43,312 nucleotides of DNA from a virus (IMGVR_UViG_2565956616_000006:1-43312); one strand, 5' to 3'; counted from the stretch's first letter, positions 1-11,804 are shown. Notes: generated by a model not told the origin, from the letters alone. Made by a program: numbers and translations.

Positions 1-102
1 GAGCCAGAGCCAGAGCCAGAGCCAGAGCCAGAAGAAAAACAGCGTAAAAAGCCTGGTCGAAAACCTAAGGCGGCAGCAGATGAACCTGACAACGAAGGGT
101 GA
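1..102 (+). CDS. 3' end of an upstream phage gene (5'-truncated by window edge) with a C-terminal (Glu-Pro)5 repeat
   Basis: Open frame from position 1 to TGA at 100-102; five tandem GAGCCA hexamers encode [10 protein letters not shown]; overlaps the next gene start by 23 nt. Confidence 0.4.
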   Translation, partial: EPEPEPEPEPEEKQRKKPGRKPKAAADEPDNEG

Positions 103-580
103 TTTAGTTCTTGCGGCATTACGTAAGCTCGGTGTGGCATCAAATGCCACGTTAACCGATGTCGAACCGCAGTCTATGGAAGACGGCGTCAACGACCTTG
201 AAATGATGATGGCTGAATGGCTTGGCGGTGATGTGTCACCTGGCATCAACGTTGGCTACATTTTCGCTGATGCAGATGTCGCTCCAGATCCGGGCGATGA
301 GCACGGTTTATCAAATAACGCTATCAATGCCGTCATTTTCAACCTTGCCTGCCGCATTGCTCCGGATTATGCGCTGGAAGCGTCTGCAAAACTTATAACC
401 ACTGCCAGATACGGGAAAGAGCGACTCGTCAAACTGTCTGCAATGGACAGAGCAAAAGCCGCTAAATGTAAGTCCGGTTATCCAAACCGTATGCCTGTTG
501 GTAGCGGTAACCAGTTGGCGAAGTGGAATGGTTGGAATTACTTCCACCGAAAGGAACCTTGCGATAACGGGAGCGAATAA
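80..580 (+). CDS. gp4: P22 gp4-like head completion / portal-closure protein (166 aa)
   Basis: 166-aa ORF; length and sequence ([25 protein letters not shown]...) match my recollection of P22 gp4; position at start of gp4-gp10-gp26 block. Confidence 0.75.
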   Translation: MNLTTKGDLVLAALRKLGVASNATLTDVEPQSMEDGVNDLEMMMAEWLGGDVSPGINVGYIFADADVAPDPGDEHGLSNNAINAVIFNLACRIAPDYALEASAKLITTARYGKERLVKLSAMDRAKAAKCKSGYPNRMPVGSGNQLAKWNGWNYFHRKEPCDNGSE

Positions 581-1998
581 TGCCGATTCAGCAACTTCCG
601 CTTATGAAAGGTGTAGGCAAAGACTTCCGAAACGCCGACTATATCGACTATCTGCCAGTGAATATGCTGGCTACACCCAAAGAAATCCTGAACAGCAGCG
701 GATATCTTCGCTCATTCCCGGGAATTGCCAAACGTTCTGATGTGAACGGTGTATCGCGCGGCGTCGAGTACAACATGGCGCAGAATGCTGTTTATCGCGT
801 GTGTGGCGGCAAGCTGTACAAAGGAGAAAGTGAAGTCGGTGATGTTGCCGGAAGTGGTCGCGTATCAATGGCGCATGGTCGGACATCGCAGGCGGTAGGC
901 GTTAATGGTCAACTTTTCGAGTATCGCTATGATGGCACGGTTAAAACCGTCTCAAACTGGCCTACAGACAGCGGATTCACACAGTACGAGTTAGGTTCAG
1001 TTCGCGACATTACGCGCTTACGTGGGCGTTATGCGTGGTCAAAAGACGGAACTGATTCATGGTTTATCACTGACCTTGAAGACGAATCGCACCCTGACCG
1101 ATACAGCGCACAATATCGCGCAGAATCGCAGCCAGACGGCATCATCGGCATAGGTACATGGCGAGATTTCATCGTCTGCTTTGGTTCATCGACGATTGAA
1201 TATTTCTCCCTGACTGGTGCAACCACCGTTGGTGCTGCTTTGTATGTCGCACAGCCATCACTGATGGTGCAGAAAGGCATTGCCGGGACTTACTGCAAAA
1301 CGCCGTTTGCTGATTCCTATGCGTTTATCAGCAATCCGGCAACGGGTGCGCCGTCTGTATACATTATCGGCTCCGGTCAGGTATCACCAATCGCCAGCGC
1401 GAGCATTGAGAAAATCCTCCGCTCTTACACTGCTGATGAACTGGCTGATGGCGTGATGGAATCTCTGCGATTTGATGCGCATGAGCTTCTGATTATCCAT
1501 CTTCCGCGCCATGTTCTGGTGTACGACGCATCTTCAAGCGCCAATGGTCCGCAATGGTGTGTGTTGAAAACTGGCTTGTATGACGATGTGTACCGCGCTA
1601 TCGACTTCATTTACGAAGGCAATCAGATAACGTGCGGCGATAAGCTGGAATCTGTTACCGGGAAACTGCAATTCGACATCAGCAGCCAGTACGACAAGCA
1701 ACAGGAACACCTGCTGTTTACTCCGTTGTTCAAAGCGGATAACGCCAGAGTTTTCGACCTTGAAGTTGAATCGTCAACTGGCGTTGCGCAGTACGCCGAC
1801 CGCCTTTTTCTCTCTGCAACCACTGACGGCATCAATTACGGACGTGAGCAGATGATTGAGCAGAATGAACCGTTCGTTTACGACAAACGCGTTTTGTGGA
1901 AGCGAGTTGGGCGCATCAGGAAAAATGTCGGCTTCAAATTGCGTGTTATCACTAAGTCACCTGTCACTCTGTCAGGCTGCCAGACAAGGATCGAGTAA
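580..1998 (+). CDS. gp10: P22 gp10-like tail accessory factor (472 aa)
   Basis: 472-aa ORF with start overlapping gp4 stop; length identical to P22 gp10 and conserved gene order. Confidence 0.75.
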   Translation: MPIQQLPLMKGVGKDFRNADYIDYLPVNMLATPKEILNSSGYLRSFPGIAKRSDVNGVSRGVEYNMAQNAVYRVCGGKLYKGESEVGDVAGSGRVSMAHGRTSQAVGVNGQLFEYRYDGTVKTVSNWPTDSGFTQYELGSVRDITRLRGRYAWSKDGTDSWFITDLEDESHPDRYSAQYRAESQPDGIIGIGTWRDFIVCFGSSTIEYFSLTGATTVGAALYVAQPSLMVQKGIAGTYCKTPFADSYAFISNPATGAPSVYIIGSGQVSPIASASIEKILRSYTADELADGVMESLRFDAHELLIIHLPRHVLVYDASSSANGPQWCVLKTGLYDDVYRAIDFIYEGNQITCGDKLESVTGKLQFDISSQYDKQQEHLLFTPLFKADNARVFDLEVESSTGVAQYADRLFLSATTDGINYGREQMIEQNEPFVYDKRVLWKRVGRIRKNVGFKLRVITKSPVTLSGCQTRIE

Positions 1999-2699
1999 TG
2001 GCTGATTCGAATCTCAATGAGCCGGTAATCATTCAGGCTACACGACTCGATACATCAATCCTTCCACGCAATATATTCAGCCAGTCTTACCTGCTGTATG
2101 TCATAAATCAGGGAGCTGATGTCGGCGCAATTGCCGGGAAAGCAAATCAGGCTGGTCAGGGCGCTTACGATGCTCAGGTGAAAAACGATGAACAGGACGT
2201 CGAACTGGCTGATCACGATGCAAGAATCACCGCAAACACAAAAGCGATAAATCTACTTGAGGTCAGGTTAACAACTGCCGAAGGGAAGATAGTCGTACTG
2301 CGTAGCGATGTTGATTACTTGCTGGATGAGGTTATCGATATTCAGGCGCATCTGGTCACTGTTGACCAAAGACTGGATGGCGTAGAAAGCGATGTATCTG
2401 ACATTAAGAGTGATTACGTATCGAAAACTGTAACCGAATCGCAGTCTCTTGCGTCACCGCTGGATGTAAAAACATCATATTCAGTTGATGGAATTCAGGT
2501 CGTTGGAGCAAGGCAGACCGGATGGACTGCAGCCACAGGTACGCCACTTCTTGGCTCATTCAACGCTAACCAGTCATACACGGTCGGCACTACGTACACA
2601 CAATCCGAAGTCGCGGCTCTCGCTACAGGTTTGCAGCAGGCGCGGCAGCGTATTCTGGCGCTTGAAACGGCACTTAGATTACATGGGCTGATTGACTGA
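1998..2699 (+). CDS. gp26: P22 gp26-like tail needle (233 aa)
   Basis: 233-aa ORF, central heptad-repeat coiled-coil region, translationally coupled to gp10; size and order as in P22. Confidence 0.75.
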   Translation: MADSNLNEPVIIQATRLDTSILPRNIFSQSYLLYVINQGADVGAIAGKANQAGQGAYDAQVKNDEQDVELADHDARITANTKAINLLEVRLTTAEGKIVVLRSDVDYLLDEVIDIQAHLVTVDQRLDGVESDVSDIKSDYVSKTVTESQSLASPLDVKTSYSVDGIQVVGARQTGWTAATGTPLLGSFNANQSYTVGTTYTQSEVAALATGLQQARQRILALETALRLHGLID

Positions 2700-3154
2700 T
2701 GATTACATTCAAACCAACGCGAAACATCGACCTGATCGAAGCAGTCGGAAATCACCCTGACATTATCGCTGGTAGCAACAACGGTGATGGATACGACTAC
2801 AAACCTGAATGCCGTTACTTTGAGGTGAACGTGCACGGGCAGTTCGGCGGCATTGTTTACTATCAGGAGATTCAGCCGCTGACATTCGATTGCCACGCCA
2901 TGTACCTGCCAGAGGTTCGTGGATTCAGCAAGGAAATCGGGCTGGCGTTCTGGCGATACATTCTGACTAACACCACCGTTCAGTGCGTCACATCGTTCGC
3001 CGCGCGCAAATTCCGCCACGGTCAGATGTACTGCGCAATGATTGGCCTTAAGCGTGTAGGAACCATCAAGAAATACTTCAAAGGCGTGGATGACGTGACG
3101 TTTTACAGCGCCACACGCGAAGAACTAATCGACTTCCTGAATCACGGGAGATAG
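2699..3154 (+). CDS. gp14: P22 gp14-like protein (151 aa)
   Basis: 151-aa ORF between tail needle and ejection protein genes, as in P22 late operon. Confidence 0.7.
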   Translation: MITFKPTRNIDLIEAVGNHPDIIAGSNNGDGYDYKPECRYFEVNVHGQFGGIVYYQEIQPLTFDCHAMYLPEVRGFSKEIGLAFWRYILTNTTVQCVTSFAARKFRHGQMYCAMIGLKRVGTIKKYFKGVDDVTFYSATREELIDFLNHGR

Positions 3155-3156
3155 CC

Positions 3157-3852
3157 ATGTTATATGCATTTAAGCTGGGCAGAAAACTGCGCGGCGAGGA
3201 ACCTTATTGCCCTGAAAAAGGCGGGAAAGGTGGCAGCTCTGATAAAAGCGCAAAGTATGCAGCAGAAGCTCAGAAGTATGCCGCAGACCTGCAAAATCAG
3301 CAGTTCAACACCATCATGAACAACCTGAAACCGTTTACTCCTCTGGCTGAGAAGTATGTCGGCAGCCTCGAGAACTTATCGTCTCTGGAGGGGCAAGGTC
3401 AGGCGCTTAACCAGTATTACAACTCTCAGCAGTACAAAGACCTTGCAAGTCAGGCGCGCTATCAGAGTCTGGCGGCAGCGGAAGCAACAGGTGGATTAGG
3501 TTCCACCGCAACCAGTAATCAGTTAGCAACAATCGCACCAACGCTTGGTCAGCAATGGCTATCTGGTCAGATGAACAACTACCAGAATCTGGCAAATATT
3601 GGTCTTGGCGCACTGCAAGGTCAGGCAAACGCCGGGCAAACATATGCCAACAACATGAGTCAGATTTCGCAGCAAAGTGCGGCTCTTGCAGCGGCAAATG
3701 CCAACAGACCATCAGCAATGCAATCTGCTATTGGCGGAGGTGCGTCTGGTGCTATTGCTGGGGCTGGACTTGCGAAATTAATTGGTTCATCAACTCCGTG
3801 GGGTGCTGGTATCGGTGCTGGTATCGGTCTGCTTGGTTCACTGCTTTATTAA
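3157..3852 (+). CDS. gp7: Ejection (E) protein gp7-like (231 aa)
   Basis: 231-aa ORF, Gln/Ala-rich with Gly-rich hydrophobic C-terminus (GAGIGAGIGLLGSLLY); position after gp14. Confidence 0.8.
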   Translation: MLYAFKLGRKLRGEEPYCPEKGGKGGSSDKSAKYAAEAQKYAADLQNQQFNTIMNNLKPFTPLAEKYVGSLENLSSLEGQGQALNQYYNSQQYKDLASQARYQSLAAAEATGGLGSTATSNQLATIAPTLGQQWLSGQMNNYQNLANIGLGALQGQANAGQTYANNMSQISQQSAALAAANANRPSAMQSAIGGGASGAIAGAGLAKLIGSSTPWGAGIGAGIGLLGSLLY

Positions 3853-3862
3853 GGGGTAATCA

Positions 3863-5278
3863 ATGGCTACGTGGCAACAGGGTATTAATTCTGGTAGTTT
3901 TCTGGCTGGCATCGGTACGCAAAATGAGAATGCGCCAAAGGCAAGCGACATTAACGCAACGCTTGGTCTGATCCGCGAAAACAATGAACTGGCTCGCTCA
4001 GGTGCAAATAACGTTGGCCTGACCGCGTTACGTGGTCTGGCTGGAGTTGCTGATATTTACAATCAGGAACAGCAACAGAAAGCTATTAGTGCGTTCAATA
4101 AGGTTCACGCTGATGCATGGGCTTCTGGTGATCCATCGGGACTATTTAAGTTTGCCCAGGAAAATCCAGCGTTTGTTGCACAGGCACAACAGGCGTTTTC
4201 TGGTCTTAATGATCAGCAACGCAACGATATGGGCGATTTAGCCATGATGGCTAACGTCGCTCTTTCTCAGGGGCCGGAAGCCTACAGTAAATTCATTACT
4301 GACAACAAGGACAGGTTAAATCGCGTTGGTGCTAATGCTGACTGGATGATTCAGACAGGTATCCAGAATCCAGAGCAGTTATCACACATGCTGACTACTA
4401 TGTCTCTCGGTGCACTTGGGCCAGAAAAGGCGTTTGCTGTTCAGGACAAGATGGCTGGTCGTGAAATTGACAGAGGCAGGCTGGCAGAGACAATCCGCAG
4501 CAATCAGGCTGGTGAAGCACTTCAGGCGAGAGGGCAAAACCTTTCCTATCAATCAGCAATGACTGGGCACAATATCGCAGCACAACGCTTGGCTCTGGAT
4601 CAGCAAGAGTTCGGGTTTAAAATGCAGCAAGCGCAGGAAAAGGCTCAGCAGTTGATTAGCGAAGCACCTAAGCTGTCAGTAAACATGGAAAAAGGCATCG
4701 AGACGGCTGTAAACAATGCTACAGCATCATCAAACTCAGCCAATTCTATGAGTGCGCTTGCTCAACAGTTCAGAGCAGAAAAACCAACGACAGGTTTGTT
4801 CGGTAACGCACAGAACATGTTCGCAAAACTTACCGGAAGCGATACAACATTGCGTGATTTGCGCATTCGCCAAAATGCCCTTGTTAACAGTCAGGTTCTT
4901 AAATTCCTACCTCCCGGCCCAGCAACGGATAAAGACGTTGAGATCGTTCGACAGGGTGCTCCAACTGACATGGATAACCCTGAGACGGTCGCAAGATGGC
5001 TTGATGCAATGGCAAACCTTGAGCGACGAAACGCGCAGTTTAATGAGTTTAAAGCCGAGTGGATGAGCGCGAATGGCAACCCTGGACAATCGCGTAATGG
5101 CGGTCAGATATTGGGGTTGGATGTTAAAAAAGGTGAATCATTGGGGAGTGCCGTTAAGCGGTATATGTCAATGAATACTGACGCAGCGCCAGCACAAGAT
5201 TCGACACCTTCAGGAGAACCACGGAATCAGGTTGGATCATATACCTCAAAATCAGGCATTCAATTTACGGTGGAATGA
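3863..5278 (+). CDS. gp20: Ejection (E) protein gp20-like (471 aa)
   Basis: 471-aa ORF following gp7; same length as P22 gp20. Confidence 0.8.
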   Translation: MATWQQGINSGSFLAGIGTQNENAPKASDINATLGLIRENNELARSGANNVGLTALRGLAGVADIYNQEQQQKAISAFNKVHADAWASGDPSGLFKFAQENPAFVAQAQQAFSGLNDQQRNDMGDLAMMANVALSQGPEAYSKFITDNKDRLNRVGANADWMIQTGIQNPEQLSHMLTTMSLGALGPEKAFAVQDKMAGREIDRGRLAETIRSNQAGEALQARGQNLSYQSAMTGHNIAAQRLALDQQEFGFKMQQAQEKAQQLISEAPKLSVNMEKGIETAVNNATASSNSANSMSALAQQFRAEKPTTGLFGNAQNMFAKLTGSDTTLRDLRIRQNALVNSQVLKFLPPGPATDKDVEIVRQGAPTDMDNPETVARWLDAMANLERRNAQFNEFKAEWMSANGNPGQSRNGGQILGLDVKKGESLGSAVKRYMSMNTDAAPAQDSTPSGEPRNQVGSYTSKSGIQFTVE

Positions 5279-7116
5279 TGAAAGTAACTGCAAACGGTAA
5301 GACATTTACCTTTCCTGATGGTACGAGCACCGAAGATATTGGCACCGCCATTGATGAGTATTTTGCTGGTCAGGCTGTTCAGCAACAAACAGTTAATCAG
5401 GCCAATAATGCACCAACACGGGAAGAACCATCATTGATGCAACAAGCTGGCGATTGGCTCACTGGTGGTCAAAGTGCAGGGCAAATTGCAGAACAGGCTG
5501 GTCGTGGTCTGGTAAACATACCATTTGACGTATTGCAGGGCGGCGCAAGTCTGATTAATGCAATCAGCCAGGGGCTTGGTGGGCCAAAAGTATTGGATGA
5601 TGTTTATCGTCCAGTAGACAAACCGACAGACCCATACGCACAAGCCGGTGAAACAATTGGTGGGTATTTAGTTCCAGGAGTTGGAACGGCAGGAAGCATG
5701 GCTATTGGATCGCTGGCAGAGGCCGCAAATCAGAAAGGTGATTTCGCACAAAATGCAGCTAAAAATGCCGGAGTTAACCTTGCCGCTCAGGGTGTTCTTT
5801 CCGCAGCAGCAAAGGGAATAGGGCGTGGAATAACGGCTATAAAAGGTGATATTGCGCCAGAAGTGGCGAAGAAAATTGCCACATCAGAATCGATGGGCGT
5901 GACACCAATGACATCTGATGTTATCCCGCCGAAAAATGCTTTCACTCGCGGACTTACTCAGGATGCTGAGGGGGCTTTGCTCGGGACAGGCTCAAAGCGA
6001 GCGGAGCAATATGCAACGCGTAGTAAGCTGGTAAGCAATTATTTTGACCGTTTTGGTGAGTACAACCCTGATGATGTGGTGAAATCTCTGACCACCACGT
6101 TAAGGGGACGGAAGGATGCCGCTGGCGCTGTTATCAATGACGTCACCAATAAAATGGGTAATGCCGCAGTTGATACCACAAATACCATGAATGCTCTGAA
6201 TACAGCGATCGCAAGACAGGAACGGCTTGGGACGTCTGCCAATCAAAGCCTGCTTACATCCTTGCGTAACCTACGTGAAGAATTAGCAAACCCTGCAACT
6301 GATTTGGATGTTACGTTTGATCTCTTGCGTCAGCACAGAACAGCATTTAGATCCAATGTTCAGGGAGATGCTATGGTCTTCCCCAACCAGGCAAAAGCAG
6401 CTACCAATATGGTAGAGAATGCAATGTCAAAAGACCTTCGTAACGCAGTTGCTAAAAACCTCGGTGCATCAGACGCAGCAAAATACCTTAAAGCAAATTC
6501 CGATTATGCAAACGTTTATAATAAGGTGCTTAATAAAAACATTGCCAACAAGCTCAACAAGGCAAGCAGTGAAGCCAGTCCTGAACTTATAAATACCGTT
6601 GTATTAAGCAGAAAACCATCTGACGTGAAACGAATCTGGAGCGCACTGGATGATAAGGGAAAAGATGCTATGCGTGCAGCTTACGTCAGCAAAATAGCGG
6701 AAAAGGCCGGGGACTCTCCAGCCAAGTTCATCACTGAAGTTAATAAGCTGAAATCTCAGTCAGGCGGTGAAATTTACAACACTATTTTTTCTGGAAAGCA
6801 CATGAAAGAGCTTGATGCTCTTCATGAAGTTCTACAGCAAACAGCAAGGTCAGACACCGCAAATGTAGTAACTCAGACGGGGCAATCGCAAGCCAACAGG
6901 ATAAGGACGATTGGCGCAACTGCGACCCTTGGCGTATCAATGGGGCTTGAGGCTGGTTTTGGTGCAATGATGCGCTTGTATGAGTCAAAAGCAGCAAGGA
7001 ATGCTCTCTTACGTTTGGCAAACACCAAAGCAGGAACACCAGCCTATGAAAGAGCGATAAATAACGCTGCGAATGCCATCAGACCGCTGTTTGCTACTGA
7101 GGCAACACAGCAGTAA
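5275..7116 (+). CDS. gp16: Ejection (E) protein gp16-like (613 aa)
   Basis: 613-aa ORF overlapping gp20 stop; order 14-7-20-16 as in P22. Confidence 0.8.
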   Translation: MMKVTANGKTFTFPDGTSTEDIGTAIDEYFAGQAVQQQTVNQANNAPTREEPSLMQQAGDWLTGGQSAGQIAEQAGRGLVNIPFDVLQGGASLINAISQGLGGPKVLDDVYRPVDKPTDPYAQAGETIGGYLVPGVGTAGSMAIGSLAEAANQKGDFAQNAAKNAGVNLAAQGVLSAAAKGIGRGITAIKGDIAPEVAKKIATSESMGVTPMTSDVIPPKNAFTRGLTQDAEGALLGTGSKRAEQYATRSKLVSNYFDRFGEYNPDDVVKSLTTTLRGRKDAAGAVINDVTNKMGNAAVDTTNTMNALNTAIARQERLGTSANQSLLTSLRNLREELANPATDLDVTFDLLRQHRTAFRSNVQGDAMVFPNQAKAATNMVENAMSKDLRNAVAKNLGASDAAKYLKANSDYANVYNKVLNKNIANKLNKASSEASPELINTVVLSRKPSDVKRIWSALDDKGKDAMRAAYVSKIAEKAGDSPAKFITEVNKLKSQSGGEIYNTIFSGKHMKELDALHEVLQQTARSDTANVVTQTGQSQANRIRTIGATATLGVSMGLEAGFGAMMRLYESKAARNALLRLANTKAGTPAYERAINNAANAIRPLFATEATQQ

Positions 7117-7140
7117 CGTATGGGAAATTGGATTCAATCG

Positions 7141-7530
7141 CTAACATTTTCTTTTTACTTTTCCAACAAAAGCTTTGGTTGAATCCATATTTCCATAACC
7201 GGAAATGGTTTTTGACATTAAAACTGTTCCAGTAGGATGTATTACCCATGAGTCGATAACGCGTTGAGTTTCGCCATTCGCGCCGATTCCTATGATGGAG
7301 TTTTTAGACAATGCTTTGTAAGCCATGCCGCCCGCATCTGTCCCAGAATATGTGATGCTGGCATCTTCACCGTTTGTCTTAATGATGAATGTTCCACTAA
7401 AACCATCTTCTTCCGGATGGAAATTATTTCGTTCTGAATAGCTTATTCCGCGCATATCTCCAACGACCCAGCACTCTGCTGTAGCCCCAAAAGATATGAA
7501 TAAGAACATAGCAGTAAGAAATTGCTTCAC
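7141..7530 (-). CDS. Secreted hypothetical protein (129 aa) with N-terminal signal peptide; moron at the position where P22 carries sieA
   Basis: ORF with MKQFLTAMFLFISFGATA signal-like N-terminus; opposite strand to late operon. Confidence 0.55.
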   Translation of the reverse strand: MKQFLTAMFLFISFGATAECWVVGDMRGISYSERNNFHPEEDGFSGTFIIKTNGEDASITYSGTDAGGMAYKALSKNSIIGIGANGETQRVIDSWVIHPTGTVLMSKTISGYGNMDSTKAFVGKVKRKC

Positions 7531-7647
7531 GCCAACCTCCTTAGTTTTGAGCAGGATACCATGAAAAAAGTAAACATCTTTTGCCTACTTCACATTTGAA
7601 TGGTTTGTCATTAGGATGTTTCCGGTTTTTTAAATATGGAAATTGAT

Positions 7648-8067
7648 ATGAAGAGGATTATTGGCGTCGTTGCTGGCGCTATATTGTTATCTGGGTGCGC
7701 AACTATTGTTGGTGACGAAACGCAGCTTGTGCAAGTGAACAGCAATCCTTCCGGTGCGAGCTTTAAGGTAAAAGACGAATCAGGCGTGATTGTTGCGCAA
7801 GGCAAGACCCCGCAAGGAGTAACTCTTGCCAAGTCAGATGGTAGTTATTTTGGCAAAAAGAGCTACCAGCTCACTATGGAAAAGGATGGGTACGAACCAG
7901 TCACCCTGCCAATCAAAGCCAATGCTAATGGTTGGTATATTGGTGGAAACCTTGTGTTTGGTGGGTTAATTGGTTGGCTTGCTGTAGATCCTTTTAATGG
8001 TGGGATGTATACCTTGAAGCCAAAAGAGGCAAACGCATCTCTTATACCATCAACAAAGCAAGACTAA
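7648..8067 (+). CDS. Lipoprotein (lipobox LLSGC), possibly PEGA-like fold; moron
   Basis: MKRIIGVVAGAILLSGC signal/lipobox; ORF could start at 7636; followed by strong terminator. Confidence 0.6.
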   Translation: MKRIIGVVAGAILLSGCATIVGDETQLVQVNSNPSGASFKVKDESGVIVAQGKTPQGVTLAKSDGSYFGKKSYQLTMEKDGYEPVTLPIKANANGWYIGGNLVFGGLIGWLAVDPFNGGMYTLKPKEANASLIPSTKQD

Positions 8068-8075
8068 TAAATAGG

Positions 8076-8098
8076 ACCCACCTTCAGGTGGGTTTTTT
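8076..8098 (+). terminator. Rho-independent terminator
   Basis: ACCCACC-ttca-GGTGGGT stem-loop followed by T6 run, directly after lipoprotein stop. Confidence 0.7.
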
Positions 8099-8335
8099 GT
8101 ACAAATCCTTCAGCGTATCAAACACCATCTTCTTAACAAGCTCTGACTGCTCATCAGCGAGTCGTTCTGCATCGTCGCGATATCCAGTCACAGGCGATGG
8201 TTTTGATAGAGCATCTTGGACGATTTGTAACAACTCGGAGTTCATTGATCTCCCATTCGCCTCCGCCCTGAATTTTAATTTCTCCCTTACTTCCATAGGC
8301 ATACGGAAGTTAAAGTGCGGATCATCTCTAGCCAT
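8084..8335 (-). CDS. mnt: Mnt repressor (83 aa)
   Basis: Protein MARDDPHFNFRMPMEVREKLKFRAEANGRSMNSELLQIVQDAL... matches P22 Mnt essentially throughout as I recall it. Confidence 0.9.
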   Translation of the reverse strand: MARDDPHFNFRMPMEVREKLKFRAEANGRSMNSELLQIVQDALSKPSPVTGYRDDAERLADEQSELVKKMVFDTLKDLYKKPT

Positions 8336-8357
8336 GCCATCACTCCAAGTTAGTGTA

Positions 8358-8409
8358 TTGACATGATAGAAGCACTCTACTATATTCTCAATAGGTCCAC
8401 GGTGGACCT
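8358..8409. promoter_or_regulatory. Pant promoter region with Arc operator and Mnt operator
   Basis: TTGACA (8358-8363), 17-bp spacer, TATATT (8381-8386); Arc operator ATGATAGAAGCACTCTACTAT (8363-8383); Mnt operator palindrome AGGTCCACGGTGGACCT (8393-8409). Confidence 0.8.
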
Positions 8410-8425
8410 ATATTGTGAGGTGAAT

Positions 8426-8587
8426 ATGAAAGGAATGAGCAAGATGCCGCAGTTCAATTTGCGGTGGCCTAAAGAAGTATTGGATTTGGTACGCAAGGTG
8501 GCGGAAGAGAATGGTCGGTCTGTTAACTCTGAGATTTATCAGAGAGTAATGGAAAGCTTTAAGAAGGAAGGGCGCATTGGCGCGTAA
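8426..8587 (+). CDS. arc: Arc repressor (53 aa)
   Basis: [53 protein letters not shown], near-identical to P22 Arc; the longer ORF from 8363 is an upstream extension. Confidence 0.9.
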   Translation: MKGMSKMPQFNLRWPKEVLDLVRKVAEENGRSVNSEIYQRVMESFKKEGRIGA

Positions 8588-8655
8588 AGTTGAAGCCCCA
8601 ACTGCGGGAACAGTCAGGGCTTCGGTATCAACAAATCGGATTAGGAAATATTGAC

Positions 8656-9534
8656 ATGAAAAGTATAGCAAAGGCACAAAACGATTTCACCATCTTCAAA
8701 TTCGGCGACAGTGAAATCCGCGTCATCAACAAATGCGGTGAGCCGTGGTTTGTAGCAAAAGATGTTTGTGATGCTTTAACCCTGACTAACTCACGCAAGG
8801 CGCTTACTGCACTTGATGACGATGAAAAGGGAGTAACTTTAAGTTACACCCTTGGTGGTGAGCAGAATCTAAGCATTGTTAGCGAATCAGGTATGTATAC
8901 ATTGGTTCTGCGCTGCCGCGATGCTGTCAATAAAGGTTCGGTACCGCACAAATTCCGCAAGTGGGTAACAGCAGAAGTTCTACCTTCAATTCGCAAACAT
9001 GGCGAGTATGTGAAAGGCAAGAAAACCACTGTTGAGGAAAGAACGCCGCTACGCGATGCAGTAAACATGCTGGTAGGAAAGAAAGGACTTCGCTATGACG
9101 ATGCATACAATATGGTTCATCAGCGTTTTGGTATTGACAGCATTGATGAACTTTCAATTGAACAAATCCCGCTGGCCGTAGAGTACATCCACAGGGTAGT
9201 GCTTGAAGGCGAGTTTATCGGCAAGCAAGAGAAGAAAGCAAACGAGCTTTCTGCAAAAGAAGCAAACAGCCTTGTATGGCTATGGGATTATGCTAACCGT
9301 TCACAGGCATTATTCCGCGAACTGTATCCGGCATTAAAACAAATTCAATCGAACTATTCCGGAAGATGCTACGACTACGGTCATGAATTCTCGTATGTTA
9401 TCGGAATGGCGAGAGACGTTTTAATAAACCACACACGAGATGTTGATATTAATGAGCCAGACGGACCAATGAATCTTTCCGCATGGATGAGACTTAAGAA
9501 TAAAGAATTACCTCCTTCAGTACATAACTACTGA
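8656..9534 (+). CDS. ant: Antirepressor Ant (293 aa from ATG 8656)
   Basis: Immediately downstream of arc; ATG at 8656 preceded by AGGAAA; the 8590 start in the ORF track is a TTG. Confidence 0.75.
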   Translation: MKSIAKAQNDFTIFKFGDSEIRVINKCGEPWFVAKDVCDALTLTNSRKALTALDDDEKGVTLSYTLGGEQNLSIVSESGMYTLVLRCRDAVNKGSVPHKFRKWVTAEVLPSIRKHGEYVKGKKTTVEERTPLRDAVNMLVGKKGLRYDDAYNMVHQRFGIDSIDELSIEQIPLAVEYIHRVVLEGEFIGKQEKKANELSAKEANSLVWLWDYANRSQALFRELYPALKQIQSNYSGRCYDYGHEFSYVIGMARDVLINHTRDVDINEPDGPMNLSAWMRLKNKELPPSVHNY

Positions 9535-9552
9535 CAGATAACCAACGCAACG

Positions 9553-9577
9553 ACCCAGCCTCGGCTGGGTTTTTTTA
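9553..9577 (+). terminator. Rho-independent terminator after ant
   Basis: ACCCAGCC/GGCTGGGT stem followed by T7. Confidence 0.7.
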
Positions 9578-9634
9578 TGCCCAAAATTCACCGTAGCCAT
9601 GCTGCGGCCATTCCTTGTATCTGGAGCAAATTAA

Positions 9635-11440
9635 ATGACAGATTCAATAAATGCCAATGTTGTAGTGAGCATGCCTTCTCAACTCTTCACTATGGCGCGT
9701 TCTTTTAAAGCGGTTGCCAATGGCAAAATTTATATCGGAAAAATTGACACTGACCCGGTAAATCCTGAAAACCAGATTCAGGTTTATGTGGAGAACGAAG
9801 ACGGCTCTCACGTTCCTGTTTCGCAACCAATCATTATTAACGCTGCCGGATATCCGGTATATAACGGACAGATTGCCAAGTTCGTAACTGTGCAAGGCCA
9901 TTCCATGGCTGTTTATGATGCATATGGTTCTCTGCAGTTCAATTTCCCGAATGTGCTGAAATATGATCCTGATCAGCTTCGCCAGGAAATAACATCGACT
10001 GGAGATGGAAAGGGGGCTGACATGATACCCCTAACACAAGGAGGAACAATTCAGAATGCTGTGTTCGCAGTAACACCTCAGGCTTATGGCGCAACATGCG
10101 ATGGTGTGGCTGATGACTCAGATGCTGTTGAAGAAATGATGGCAGCCTATCCAAATCATTTGATTATTACAATCCCACCTGGTTCAGTGCTTACAATTAA
10201 ACGAAAGCTCGTATATGGAGGTAGGCGCTTTGAGGTTCGTGGATATTCTGGAGATATGACTAATAAGGTTATAGGAGCAGAGTCAAGTCAATTATATTGT
10301 GACGTTCCTGGGGACTATGCTATTCAATGCGAAAATTCGGATGTTTTTTTATCTGATGTCATTGTAAAGGGAATCCCACAGTATGGAAACGGTACTATCG
10401 GTACGAATAAAGGAATATCGACATTAAATGGTAATATTAAAACAAACCGCACTTCTTGGCTTGGGTTTGACGTTCCATGTCAAGGTATCAATTCTTTTTA
10501 CGTAACATTTATAGATACAGATTGGCTTGCAATTAAAAATGGCCCAGATATACAGCGGGCATATAACATTAAGTTTATAGGCGGAAGATCTGTTGATTTT
10601 GATACATTTTTCAAAATGTCAGCCGCTGCTGGTAATGGTCCGATTAATTTTATTGCCATGGCGTTTGAACGGTGGACGAATTACGTTGTTGGTACTGATT
10701 CTGCTGCACTTATTCGACCGCAAAATATAGCGTTTAAATTTTGTTACTTTGAAAATATGGATGACCAATCTATTTATAACGGTCTTACTGGACGGGCAGG
10801 CGCTGCGACTCCAGGTGATGCATTTTATAAAAAGTATGCTTATGCCCGCATACTGGTCGGTACGCCAACGTCTTTCAGCATGGACGAAACTAACACTGTA
10901 TATGCTAAAGGGCTTGAAAACGGATGTATAGCAATTGATTCTTGGGGTATACGGGATCTTGTGTTCAAGCCTAAAATTGTTACTCCAGCAGACTCATGGA
11001 ATAGTAACCAGAGGCCATTAAGCATGGTTAGGGCAACCTATCTTGACCATGTCGATGTTTTTAATAATAACACCTCACCAGATGGTGACTTAGGGTTTCC
11101 ATTTATATCATCTGATAACTCTACACTGTTACCAACAATAAGATCAGGCGTTGGTGTATCCCATGGGAAAACAGTATTGTTTAATGGTTTCTACAATCAG
11201 ACTATAACATTCCAAGATGTTCCAGCAGGTGTCAATGTATATCAAGATATAACAACAACAGAAAAGTTAGACATGGTAAATGCAAGTGTTAAGATAACAT
11301 CAAGAAGTGCAGCTTCTGCTATTGCCACAACTCAATTGCAGGTGTTATCTTCAAATAAAATTCGCGTACACATAACAAATGGTCACAGTAACCCTGTAAC
11401 ATTTTCTGTGGCAATTGTAATTCCATATTTATTCAAATAA
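9635..11440 (+). CDS. gp9: Tailspike protein (601 aa): P22-type N-terminal head-binding domain fused to a different receptor-binding domain
   Basis: First ~110 aa (MTD...[36 protein letters not shown]...[12 protein letters not shown]...NVLKYDPDQ) match P22 tailspike N-terminus as recalled; remainder differs in sequence and length. Confidence 0.8.
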   Translation: MTDSINANVVVSMPSQLFTMARSFKAVANGKIYIGKIDTDPVNPENQIQVYVENEDGSHVPVSQPIIINAAGYPVYNGQIAKFVTVQGHSMAVYDAYGSLQFNFPNVLKYDPDQLRQEITSTGDGKGADMIPLTQGGTIQNAVFAVTPQAYGATCDGVADDSDAVEEMMAAYPNHLIITIPPGSVLTIKRKLVYGGRRFEVRGYSGDMTNKVIGAESSQLYCDVPGDYAIQCENSDVFLSDVIVKGIPQYGNGTIGTNKGISTLNGNIKTNRTSWLGFDVPCQGINSFYVTFIDTDWLAIKNGPDIQRAYNIKFIGGRSVDFDTFFKMSAAAGNGPINFIAMAFERWTNYVVGTDSAALIRPQNIAFKFCYFENMDDQSIYNGLTGRAGAATPGDAFYKKYAYARILVGTPTSFSMDETNTVYAKGLENGCIAIDSWGIRDLVFKPKIVTPADSWNSNQRPLSMVRATYLDHVDVFNNNTSPDGDLGFPFISSDNSTLLPTIRSGVGVSHGKTVLFNGFYNQTITFQDVPAGVNVYQDITTTEKLDMVNASVKITSRSAASAIATTQLQVLSSNKIRVHITNGHSNPVTFSVAIVIPYLFK

Positions 11441-11446
11441 TCTAAA

Positions 11447-11468
11447 AGCCCATTACTGGGCTTTTTTA
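11447..11468 (+). terminator. Rho-independent terminator after tailspike
   Basis: AGCCCA-ttac-TGGGCT stem followed by T6. Confidence 0.7.
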
Positions 11469-11804
11469 TTTTCAGCACACCAATCGAGGCGTGCTTTGCA
11501 AATAGCTTTAACATTTCTTCTATCAGCTAATAATCAAAGGCATGAAGTCTATCATCCAAGTCTCAATCGATCGATACTTGCGGTAGTTGATGAAGAAAAA
11601 CTCTGGTACACAAAGCTTTGCACTGGATTGCAAGGCTTTGTGCTCTTCTGTGGATGTGTGGCTACATGTTTGAAGATCGTTGTGCCGTATTTGTGACATA
11701 TACATGACAACATCATGCATCAACTTTCTGTTTGTGCCATCAACTATAGCTTAGTGAATGCGGTTAATGCTTGCTAAAACAGATAGTTATGATTGGTGCT
11801 ACAG

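Noticed and set aside
2495-3019. 174-aa minus-strand ORF
   Set aside because: Lies antisense across the gp26/gp14 junction; shadow ORF of well-supported genes.
3555-3971. 138-aa plus-strand ORF, Cys/Trp-rich
   Set aside because: Alternate frame inside gp7/gp20; composition typical of an out-of-frame read.
8590-8655. Upstream TTG start for ant (314-aa model)
   Set aside because: Non-ATG start abutting the arc stop; ATG at 8656 with RBS is more plausible.
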